64,000 nt of DNA, taken from the NCBI GenBank assembly GCA_963716175.1, contig OY970296.1, positions 4,480,001-4,544,000 of the forward strand, in the 5' to 3' direction. Shown here in pieces: positions 21,416 through 30,116 of the stretch. Source of the stretch: an uncultured Armatimonadetes bacterium (lineage in GTDB: Bacteria > Armatimonadota > Hebobacteria > Hebobacterales > Hebobacteraceae). How positions within the stretch are numbered: the first letter of the stretch is position 1; every line of letters starts with the position of its first letter. The notes beneath the pieces are model-generated. The model saw only the letters and a list, made by a program, of their open reading frames with translations. It did not search any database and had not been told where the DNA came from. A program made the translations under genes and the position numbers.

Positions 21416-22960
21416 GCTGCGAGCCGTCGTGGTAACAGCCGCGTCGGCCCGCTCTGACTCCTCCAGGTGTCCCTCTGCCTCCAAGGTCAGGAAGGCCCGC
21501 ACCAGCTCCGGGTCCCACTGCCGGCCGGTGCCGCGCTCCAGCTCCTGGCGCGCCCTCAGCCGGCCCGGCGAGCTGCGGTAGTGCCGGTGAGAGGTCATGG
21601 CATCGTAGGCATCGGCGATGGCGATAATGCGGGCGGTGATGGGGATCTCGTCCCGAGACAGACCCGTGGGATAGCCCCTGCCATCGTACCGTTCGTGGTG
21701 ATAGAGAATCCCGGGGAGAGCGGCGGACAGGCTGAGGCTGCGGCGCGCCAGGGATTCGCCGACCGTGGGATGGCTCTGGAGCAGGGCCCGCTCCTCCGCA
21801 GTGAGAGGCCCGGCCTTCACCAGCACCCGATCGGGGATGCCGATCTTGCCCACATCGTGGAGCAGCGCAGCGGCGCGCACCGCGCCGACATCGTAGTCGG
21901 ACAGCCCGATGGCATGGGCAAGCGCCACCGCGTAGGCCGTCACTTGCTTGCTGTGCCCTCCGGTGATGCGGTCGCGGGCGTCCACCGCCGCCACCAATGC
22001 CTCCAGCGCGCCCCAGTCGGAGTTTTGCAGGAACTGGTAGAGCTGATAGGGATCGGTGACCTCCTGGGCGCCCGGCACCCGGTTGAACGGGCAGGCCTTA
22101 TCCCGGCCGGAGTACTTGGCCATGTACATGGCAACATCGGCGGCCATGATCAGCCCGTTCTTCTGCACGCTGTGCTGGGGATAGGTGGCGGCGCCGATGC
22201 TCACGGTCAGCCGTGCCAGGCCGGCGCGCCTATCCCCCGAGGTGCACGGCAGGCGGAAGGCCTGCTGCCTCACCTCGGAGAGGATCTTCCCCGCAACCTG
22301 GAGGGCACCGCCCAGGTTCGTCTCCGGAAGCAGCACCGCGAACTCGTCTCCGCCATAACGGGCCGCCAGGTCGGTAGCGCGGATTGCGCTCACCACTCGC
22401 TCTCCCACCTGCCGCAGCACCTGGTCTCCGCCCGCGTGGCCGTGGGTTTCGTTGATCTGGCGGAAGCTGTCCAGGTCAATCATAAGCAAAGAGAGGCAGT
22501 GGTCGTAGCGCTTGGCGCGTGCTAGCTCCTCGGACAGGCGCTCGTGGAAACGGCGGTGGCCGCAGAGACCGGTGAGGGCGTCGGTGTTGTCTGAGCCGGC
22601 GGCCCGGGGCTGGCTCTGTGGCAACTGGGCCAGCGCCCGGTTGAGCCAGATCGGCAGTTCGTCCACTTCGTCTTGCGGCTTCCAGACCGAGGGCCCGGCG
22701 ATGCGCACTCGGGCCTCCCCGGCGGCCGCCCGCTCGGCCGCCTCTCGCGCGGCGAGCACCACGCGGCAGAGTCGCCCCATCAGGTCGGCAGTGGCCACCA
22801 CCGCCACCAGACAGAGCACTCCGCCCACCAGCAGCCAAGGCAGGTCAGACCATTGGACGAGTGCCGCCGCCCATCCGCCCAAAGCGAGCAAGGCCAGCAG
22901 CACAGAGAGGGCCCAAGTCTTGTACCTGAGCCCGACCGGCTTCCGCTCGAGATCCCGCAA
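21410..22960 (-). CDS. Membrane-anchored diguanylate cyclase / HD-GYP phosphodiesterase
   Basis: Two TM helices, DALTGL, RATD I-site before YGGDEF, LLHDVGK, HHERYDGRGYP. Confidence 0.92.
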   Translation of the reverse strand: MRDLERKPVGLRYKTWALSVLLALLALGGWAAALVQWSDLPWLLVGGVLCLVAVVATADLMGRLCRVVLAAREAAERAAAGEARVRIAGPSVWKPQDEVDELPIWLNRALAQLPQSQPRAAGSDNTDALTGLCGHRRFHERLSEELARAKRYDHCLSLLMIDLDSFRQINETHGHAGGDQVLRQVGERVVSAIRATDLAARYGGDEFAVLLPETNLGGALQVAGKILSEVRQQAFRLPCTSGDRRAGLARLTVSIGAATYPQHSVQKNGLIMAADVAMYMAKYSGRDKACPFNRVPGAQEVTDPYQLYQFLQNSDWGALEALVAAVDARDRITGGHSKQVTAYAVALAHAIGLSDYDVGAVRAAALLHDVGKIGIPDRVLVKAGPLTAEERALLQSHPTVGESLARRSLSLSAALPGILYHHERYDGRGYPTGLSRDEIPITARIIAIADAYDAMTSHRHYRSSPGRLRARQELERGTGRQWDPELVRAFLTLEAEGHLEESERADAAVTTTARSY

Positions 22961-23112
22961 GTGGTACTGCTCCCGATCGGCCAGGGGCCAAGAGCTCTAC
23001 AGAAAGGGTTATTCCACAATCGCCGCCTGCTTGCCAGGCAGGAGAGCGAAGTGGCCGATGACCGTTCTTGTAGGGCGGCCATGCGCCCCGGCCCGCCGGA
23101 AATGGGAGGAGG

Positions 23113-23631
23113 CTAGTCGGCCGACCACTTCCATTGGTAGCGCTGCTTCTCCCCGCGCAGCCCGCGCTGTTTCTCCTCCTTCTGCTTCTCATACACGGCT
23201 CGGACTGCCTCCGGCGTGTTCGCCACGCCGCCAGGTGGATAGGCCTTCAAGGCGGGCGGGGCGGCGGACGCCAGCACCCGGTAGGCGTCCGGCCGGCGGA
23301 GCTTGAGATGGCGCTCCCGATGGTCTCGGATGCCGCTGTAAAGGTACTCCCAGAAGTTCTCAGGGGCCAGGGTAGCGTGCTCGACGTCCACGTCTGCGGC
23401 GATCACCGCCTCCTCTGCCTCCCCGGCATCGGCCAGGATCCTGGCATTCGGGGCGGCGATGCGAGAGCCGAAGTGGGTGGAGGTGAGGTAGAAGACCTGA
23501 GCATCCATGGCTCGCGCCCGCACCCGGTAGTCGGCCGGGCTGGCAGCAGAACAGTGACAGATGATGCGCGCGCCGTTGAGCGCGCAGGCCGCGGTGGACT
23601 CCGGCCACATGTCGTCATAGCAGGCCATCAT
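23113..23631 (-). pseudogene. C-terminal part of a carbon-nitrogen hydrolase (nitrilase family), 5' truncated
   Basis: Begins at the ACYD..PE nucleophile motif; upstream catalytic E/K region absent and replaced by lower-GC DNA. Confidence 0.7.
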
Positions 23632-23840
23632 CTGTTCAAGGCCTACCAGCCCGACCAGATTTGCGCCAGAAGCAAACCAGGAAGCTCCTGGAGGCTTTTT
23701 CAGTGTCTGAGGTTAGTCGTTCCATCAGTCGGCGCTTACTTGCGAAAACCCCGAGATGATATCCTAGAAAAAATGAGTCTCTGGCATGGGCCGACTAGGC
23801 CTCTTGGGTTCTTCGTGGGTACAAGAGTCAGGAGATCAAC

Positions 23841-24488
23841 ATGATGAGACGGCGCGCAGCAGTCAGACTGATAGACCAGGCGGCCGAGGTGCGGCCGGAG
23901 TTCTTAGGCAAGCGGCCCACTCCACTCGCCGATGAGATCGAGCGCAAATGGACGGAGCAGACACAGGCATTCGATCAGTACCGCAAAGGTCAGGGCAAAT
24001 CACTAAGGACGCGAGAGATAGATCAGTTTGAGCTGGCCCGACTGGTGGCATGGGCGACACACACCGGGGCCCCACTCGCCGAGTTCGGCGAAGATCATGC
24101 CACACAGTTCATAGTCGGGCAGGATGGTGAGATCACCCCTCGCGGGGTGAACATGTGCATTCAGTCCTGCTGTCTCTTCGGCGATTGGCTACTGAGTCGC
24201 GGTCTCTGGTCGGCGAACCCATTTCGCCAGATCACACGCCGGAGAGAGATCAAGAACCGGCAGCCGAAGGGCTTGACCAAAGAAGAACTCGGAGCCCTGC
24301 TTAAGGCCCCGGACCTGAAGACGGCCAATGGCTTGAGAGACTTCCTCTGCATGTATCTCATGGCCTTCGTTGGGCTGCGTGTTGGCGAAGTCGTTCACCT
24401 CCGCGCCAGCGATGTTGACACAGAGGCCTGTCGGCTGGTGGTGAGAGGTGAGACGGCGAAAACCCGCGTCGAAAGGGGTCGGGTCTGA
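23841..24488 (+). pseudogene. Tyrosine recombinase, C-terminally truncated
   Basis: AGGAG RBS; RD..MYLMAFVGLRVGE and AKTR present, HxLRH and catalytic Tyr missing; break coincides with IS3-like ends. Confidence 0.8.
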
Positions 24489-24534
24489 ACCCCGGATTCT
24501 GGTCCACCTGGACTCATTCTTGGGGGCAAGGTCA
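24481..24534. mobile_element. Probable IS3-family scar made of two fused ends
   Basis: GGGTCTGAACCCCGGATTCTGGTCCA-CC-TGGACTCATTCTTGGGGGCAAGGTCA, imperfect 26-bp inverted repeats ending in CA. Confidence 0.5.
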
Positions 24535-24736
24535 CACTGTGGATGACGGCGTCTGCTTCAGACGCCTGTTCGGTCCCGACTGAGGCACCCAAGAGGGAAC
24601 CTAGCGCCAGCGGTAACCAATGCTATGGGTTCCACTTCGCCGGTCTAGGCGGCTCCTGACCGCGGCACGTGGGCTCACCCTCCTGCGGAACCGAAGCCGA
24701 CGCTACACCAGGGAATGCCGCTTGTGCCACGGCCTA

Positions 24737-24753
24737 TTTCTGGTACACTAAGG
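24737..24753 (-). mobile_element. Orphan end of the CGTAGTGT-type rve element
   Basis: Reverse complement CCCTTAGTGTACCAGAA resembles CCCGTAGTGTACCAAAA at 56228. Confidence 0.5.
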
Positions 24754-25169
24754 GCGGATGCACGTCGTTCTGTGGTACCTCTGAGTCACCCCGCTGAGCA
24801 GGCCAGCCGATCCTTGGAGACGTGGCATGAGACCTGCACGGCAGCCGGGTCAGAGACGCGTCGACCTTCTTCAGTCCCGTCGGCCCCATGATCTCTTGCG
24901 TTGGTTTCGTCTTCTCATCCGGCTCGTGGCCCATGTGGCCTTTCCTGCCGCCACGGTGGCCGCCGTCCCCCAAGGCTCGTCAGCAACGGAGTCGCCTCTG
25001 GGCGGCTCAATAGCGAGGTACTGGCACACTCGTCGCTCGGCTGCGGGAACCCGCCTTCCTGGACTGCTGGCATGGCATGGTAAGGACCGAGTCTCTGCTT
25101 AAGGCCTGGGAGAATGACAGTGCCGATTCGATGTAACCAGCCCATGCGATGAGAGAGAGGTGAGAGCAG

Positions 25170-25409
25170 ATGAGGATCACCTGCCCGAAGTGCAAAGAGG
25201 TGCAGAGCGCGGACGAGAAGACTGCCACCTGCTCCAGCTGTCGGACGGTGCTGCGGCGTTGCACGGACTGCGCCCATTACGACGTTAGGGTCTCGCTCTG
25301 CAAAGCCGTCAACCGGCCGATCGCGCCGGGCGAATCTCACTACCCGACCTACGCATCCGCAAGCACCTATTGCCGCAGCTACGCGCCCGCCAATCCCCCG
25401 CCCGCTTAG
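25170..25409 (+). CDS. Small Cys-rich double zinc-ribbon protein (79 aa)
   Basis: GAGGTG RBS; CPKC, CSSC, CTDC plus two further Cys. Confidence 0.75.
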   Translation: MRITCPKCKEVQSADEKTATCSSCRTVLRRCTDCAHYDVRVSLCKAVNRPIAPGESHYPTYASASTYCRSYAPANPPPA

Positions 25410-25645
25410 GCCGGCGGGGGCCGAAGGGCACGTCGCTCTTCATGCTGTGATCCGGAGTCGAAAGCGGCCGCGTTCCTGCCGCAGAATCGCCGAGACGAAT
25501 GCTGGGGGCCCAGAAGCACGGTCTCAGCGGCTCTTGGGCACTTCAGACGGTACGGCCACTGAGCGTCGCATTGCTTGGCGGCTCGCGCTTCAGTCTGGGA
25601 AAGAGCGGCTGGCCGGCAGCGCCGACGCCAGGGAGGCGAGAGAAG

Positions 25646-25957
25646 ATGCCAGAGGATAGAGACAGGGAGTTCCTGATCATCATCTGCGAGAGCGGAACGT
25701 GCAATGAAGTGCTCCGACGCATCCAGGCTGCGGGCGTGGACCGCTATACGATCCACCGGGGGGTCACCGGGTGCGGCGAGACCGGACGGCACGAAGGGAC
25801 ACCGGTCTGGCCAGGGGACTGCACCATGATCTACGCGTGCGTTCACCAAGTGCAGGTCGGGCCCGTACTGGAGACGCTGACGGCGCTGCATAGCAGCCGG
25901 CAGCAACACACTCTGGGCCTGAAGGTGTTCAGCCTTCCGGCGCGGGAGTTGCTCTGA
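25646..25957 (+). CDS. P-II-like protein (PG0541-like)
   Basis: YT...V.G.G.TG...GT.VWPG pattern; 103 aa; GGGAGG upstream. Confidence 0.7.
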   Translation: MPEDRDREFLIIICESGTCNEVLRRIQAAGVDRYTIHRGVTGCGETGRHEGTPVWPGDCTMIYACVHQVQVGPVLETLTALHSSRQQHTLGLKVFSLPARELL

Positions 25958-25983
25958 GGGGGTCAGAGCGCAAGGATGTGCAG

Positions 25984-26131
25984 GCAGTGTTCCGAAACTG
26001 ATCTGCACCGTCAGAACGGGCCAGAAGCCCTGGGGCGACAGCATCTTGCCGCTCCACTGTGAACAGCCCCGTCGCAGTCTGGCCACCACACGTGGGTTCA
26101 TCCTCCGGCGCAATGGAGTGCCCACACTACA
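25984..26131. mobile_element. Mini-element remnant of the CGTAGTGT-type rve family
   Basis: Left GCAGTGTTCCGAAACTGATCTG matches GTAATGTACCGAAACTGATCTG at 51782; right end ACACTACA is a weaker match. Confidence 0.5.
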
Positions 26132-26238
26132 CCAGGAGATATGTTCAGAGCAAGGGTGCAACGGTCTCAGGGCAAGATGACCACCACAACCGGATGCATC
26201 GTATTCTCATTCCTCTTCGTCCCCATCACGCAGCATCA

Positions 26239-26601
26239 CTACTGCTCCCTTCCCGCCTGGTCAGCCCGGGCTATCTCGCCGAGTTGCTCTTCCACTCCGG
26301 CCAACCGCTGCCGGGTCCTCTCCAGGGTGTGGTGTTTCCGGTCATGGCAGGTCAGCACCCTTCCCAGGGGCGAGGGCAGTTCTTCACCCAGCACTCGCAG
26401 CCGGCGGATGCTGGCGTCCGGCTCCTGCAATCGGCGGCGCCGCTGATCTAGGTCAGCCTTGGCGGCCGCCTCGGCCTCGGCCAGGTCCGCCGCCAGATCC
26501 TGCAATTCCAGCTCGAGCGCGCCAACCTTGCCGGTCAGCCTTAGCCTCTCCGCCTCCGCCTTGCGCCGCCGCCGGTATTGCTCATCCCTCGCCATGCTCA
26601 T
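26239..26601 (-). CDS. Hypothetical coiled-coil protein
   Basis: Purine-rich RBS; charged heptad-like sequence. Confidence 0.5.
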   Translation of the reverse strand: MSMARDEQYRRRRKAEAERLRLTGKVGALELELQDLAADLAEAEAAAKADLDQRRRRLQEPDASIRRLRVLGEELPSPLGRVLTCHDRKHHTLERTRQRLAGVEEQLGEIARADQAGREQ

Positions 26602-26748
26602 TCCTCTGTCCTTTCGGTTGTGACCTGCAACCGGCAACTGCGATTGCCGGTTCTGCGAGCCCCTCAGGGCATGCAGGGCGACGATCTCAGGCGGGGCGCG
26701 CCCCCCGTGCTGATTTGTAGATACGTATTCTGCACAGAACCCCGCTTC

Positions 26749-26850
26749 TAATGATGTTCGCACAACGGAGTAATGTGCGAACATCGCCCTGTGCCTGTCT
26801 GGGCCGCTTCTTGAGCTTCGCCGTGTTACTTCATTTGGCGAAGCTCTTTA
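26749..26850. repeat. MITE-like twin-hairpin repeat, family A
   Basis: Near-identical reverse complement of 167-268; 21 bp downstream of an HTH gene stop. Confidence 0.85.
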
Positions 26851-26871
26851 CTAGCCCCTGTCCCAGCGTGC

Positions 26872-27354
26872 TTAGCCGCCTCTGCCTCTGCGCGGTCGTC
26901 TCTTGCTGGGGAGGGCCGCGGCCTTCTGTTCCAGCATCCGCCTGACATCGCGCCGGCCCAGCTTGCGCAGTGCCACCAGCGTCGCCCGGTTCTGACCCCG
27001 CGGCGAGATCTCTCCCTGTTCCCACCGCGTCACCCCGCGCGTGCTCACCCCCACAAGCGCAGCCAGCTGACCTTGTGTGATCCCCAACCGAGTGCGCAGT
27101 GCCCGGATCAGACGCCCCGACAGCCGCGCCCTTCTTGCTTCCTCCTCAGAGAGCTCCAGACGATCCTTCCTGGCCTCGGCCTCTCGTACTTGCGCCGCCA
27201 CCACTCGCTGCAACCTGGCAACGCCCTTGGTGAGCCGCCCCAGGCCCCGCTTCAGCTGGCGTACCTCCTTGCCAAGAGGGAGCACCACGCCTCGCAGCTC
27301 CCTCCTCAACAAACGCAGGATCTCAGAACGAACGGCCTCTTCAAGCCTTCCCAT
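26872..27354 (-). CDS. XRE-family HTH protein with N-terminal coiled coil
   Basis: AAGGAGG RBS; LRTRLGITQGQLAALVGVSTRGVTRWEQG. Confidence 0.85.
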   Translation of the reverse strand: MGRLEEAVRSEILRLLRRELRGVVLPLGKEVRQLKRGLGRLTKGVARLQRVVAAQVREAEARKDRLELSEEEARRARLSGRLIRALRTRLGITQGQLAALVGVSTRGVTRWEQGEISPRGQNRATLVALRKLGRRDVRRMLEQKAAALPSKRRPRRGRGG

Positions 27355-28239
27355 GCTGTCGGCCTCCTTGAACCGCCCACTGGGCAGAACCACTCCCAGC
27401 CCCCCAGGCCAGACCCTGCTAAGCCAATGGAGTGATTCCCCGGATGTATGGCTGTGTTCTTCTGCGCACGCGCCGAACGATCCTCGGGCCCTATTGCCCT
27501 CACGCGGCACCGAAGGACTAGGCATCCCCTGGTGTCGATGACAGGCGCCCCCTCTGCGGGCGCTGGCAACTACCGAAAGGTGAAAGGCATGTTTGAGAGT
27601 GGGCCGGTATCGGCGCATCCGAGCCCACAGATGAGTTCCGGAATGCGACGGGGACCGCATTCGACCCGCGCTCGGCGCAACAGCCTCAGACCGAACCCGC
27701 AGATGGGGTAACTGATTCGCGCTCGGCATGGAGGCCGGGTCGCAGCCGTGTCGGCCTGCGATCCGGGCTCACCTCGCATCCCCCCGTCCTGGGTCAACCC
27801 CTGAGGCGGGGGTTCTGTCATTAGCGGGGTAGGGCGGAGGGGAGCCGACGTCAGAGGGGGAATGTAGCCGGCCCCGCACTCCGCCCGCAAGAATCATAAC
27901 TCAGGTTGCCACAATGGAGTGAGTCACTGCCGCTTCATCGCGGATCGCGGATCCCTCCGCGGTCCCACCTCCGACGGAGCCCCTCTCCTGTCCTGGTAGT
28001 GGTCAGCCGCCAGTTCTCAGCGAATCCTGCGAGCCGCTCCCCAGTCGTCTTGCTGGACCAGGGGGGATACCTTCCCCCTCACCGGGCAGGAACACAGACG
28101 CTTCTGTGGAACGAACATCTTGAGACGAAGCCCATGCGTCCAGGACCTCGCCTCCTGAGCTGAGGCAGTGCGCTCGGCAGAAAGGGGAAGCGAGGCCATG
28201 CGGCTCGCCACTCAAGGCTGGAGAGGACAGCCTTCCTGG

Positions 28240-28386
28240 CACCGCTTTCATGCGACATCCGTCGGCAAGTGCTACCACCGCGCTGGGTGTCCTTCCCTTG
28301 GGCGAAACAGCGTCGCCGTCACCCATGCTGAAGCTCTAGCCAAAGGCCTTACGCCCTGCAAGATATGCAAGCCACAGCCTTACTAG
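28240..28386 (+). pseudogene. Ada metal-binding-like C-terminal domain fragment
   Basis: GKCYHRAGCPSL...EALAKGLTPCKICKP; no convincing N-terminus. Confidence 0.55.
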
Positions 28387-28574
28387 GAGGTGCAGCGGCC
28401 TCATCGCACCCCCTGGATCAGGGCCTTGTGCTCTGCCGGCGCGCACTTCTCCTGGCTGCGGTCAGCCGTCAGCTCTCAGCGCGTCGCGCTGTTCAGGCTC
28501 GCGCGGACTGCCTGCAACAGGTCTAGCGCCTTCGCCATTGCCAGGGCTAGCACCACCATGGGACAAGCGACCGG

Positions 28575-28747
28575 CGTCCGCTGTCACGCCTCATGGTGCC
28601 AAGTGTGCCTGTCAGCCGCCCGTGATGCCGCTGGCGTGGGCCTGGATCGGCGCATCTGGCTTCATCGTGGGTGCTCTCATCCCGCGCGGAGCGGGCCAAC
28701 GATCCCCACGGCAGAGGTCCTCACGGGCAGGTTGTCAAATAGCCACA
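28575..28747. mobile_element. Mini-element bounded by 29-bp end motifs (tandem left end)
   Basis: TGTGCCTGTCAGCCGCCCGTG at 28604 matches TGTCCATGTCAACCGCCCGTG at 38676; degenerate copy 29 bp upstream; degenerate inverted end near 28720-28747. Confidence 0.5.
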
Positions 28748-28876
28748 GGAAGACCGGCACGTGCAGACGGCCTCTTTGTGCTATGCCGATCAGTGGGGCC
28801 GGTTATCCCATCACACATACCAGGCAAGCTCAGTTCCGACCTGGCCACCGGTCGCTATCGCGGAGGAGGTAGCCCT

Positions 28877-30026
28877 GTGCCAGCGCGCAAGTCATCACCC
28901 GCCCAGAAGTCTAGCGTGGTCTACTTCTCACCTGCCGGTGGGGGCGAGAAACGCGATCCCTACCGCGCCATCGACGCTCTTTTCCGCAAGGTGGTTTCGG
29001 AGAAGACTATAACCAAGGGCGACTACGTAGCGATCAAACTGCACTTCGGGGAAGCAGGCAACGTGCGGTATATACGGCCCACCTTTGCCGCGTCGACTGG
29101 CTGACCTCGTAAGGAAGGCGGGCGGCTTTCCTTACGCCACCGACAGCCTCACCCTGTACAGACATCAGCGCCACAATCTCTTCGCCCATCTTGATACCGC
29201 CGCGGACCACGGCTTCACCCGTGAGACCCTGGGCTGCCCTGTCCTCATCGCCGACGGCCTGCGCAGCAGTGGCGTCGAGGTCCAGGTCCCTGATGCCAAA
29301 GAGATACTGACGTGTACTGTTGCCCAGGCCGTATATGATGCCGACGTCCTCATCAACCTCGCCCACCTCACGCTCCATCCGGAGTTCCCCCTGGGTGCCG
29401 CACTCAAGAACTTGGGCATGGGCTGCGTCACTAGGCAGACTAAGTTGCGTCTTCACGGCAAGACTGTTAACCCCGTGTTCGATCCCGGCAGGTGCGTTCT
29501 TTGCGGCCGGTGCCTCCGCCTGTGCCCGGGCAATGCCTTTGCCCTCAAGCGACGCAAGGTTCGTTTCGATAAGAAGCTCTGCGTGAGCTGCGGCGACTGT
29601 TTCTCGTGGTGCGAGGGAGGCGCACTGGGAATCCCCTGGGGGGAGGAAAGCCAAATCGTCCAGCGCCGCACCTGTGAGGCCGCGCGAGGGGTCCTCTCCA
29701 CCTTCTCACCCGAGAAGGTGGCCCATTTCGTGATCGCCATGGACGTTACCCCGGGTTGCGACTGCTTCGGGGCCAGCGACCTACCCATCGTACCCGACAT
29801 CGGGATATTCGCCTCCACCAATCTCGTAGCGGTGGACATGGCCGCTCTCGACGCTATCCAGGCTGCGCCTGCCTATCCGGGGAGTCGGGTCGATGGCACC
29901 AGAGGGGGCATCCCTGGAGGGGATAAGATCGCAGAGGTCTGGCCTGCTCTTGACGTTGAGGTCTACCGGGGGATCCTGGCTGGATCAGGCCTAGGCAGCC
30001 TGCGCTATCAGTTGCGCCAGGTCTAG
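28877..30026 (+). CDS. DUF362 domain protein with 4Fe-4S dicluster; frameshift near 29090
   Basis: GGAGGAGG RBS; VAIKLHFGE, ALKNLGMGC, CVLCGRC..CP, CVSCGDC, CDC, VPDIGI. Confidence 0.85.
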
Positions 30027-30116
30027 ACGGCCATGGGTTGCAGTCGGCGAGCGGTGACTCCGCACATCGGAGTTCGAGCTGGCCCCGGCTGGTCCGGGGC
30101 GAGGAGGCGCGCGAGC

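Noticed and set aside
27560-27900. Riboswitch or group II intron in the long intergenic stretch
   Set aside because: ACCGAAAGGT stem present but no complete c-di-GMP-I or domain V pattern recognisable by eye; Infernal/Rfam would be needed
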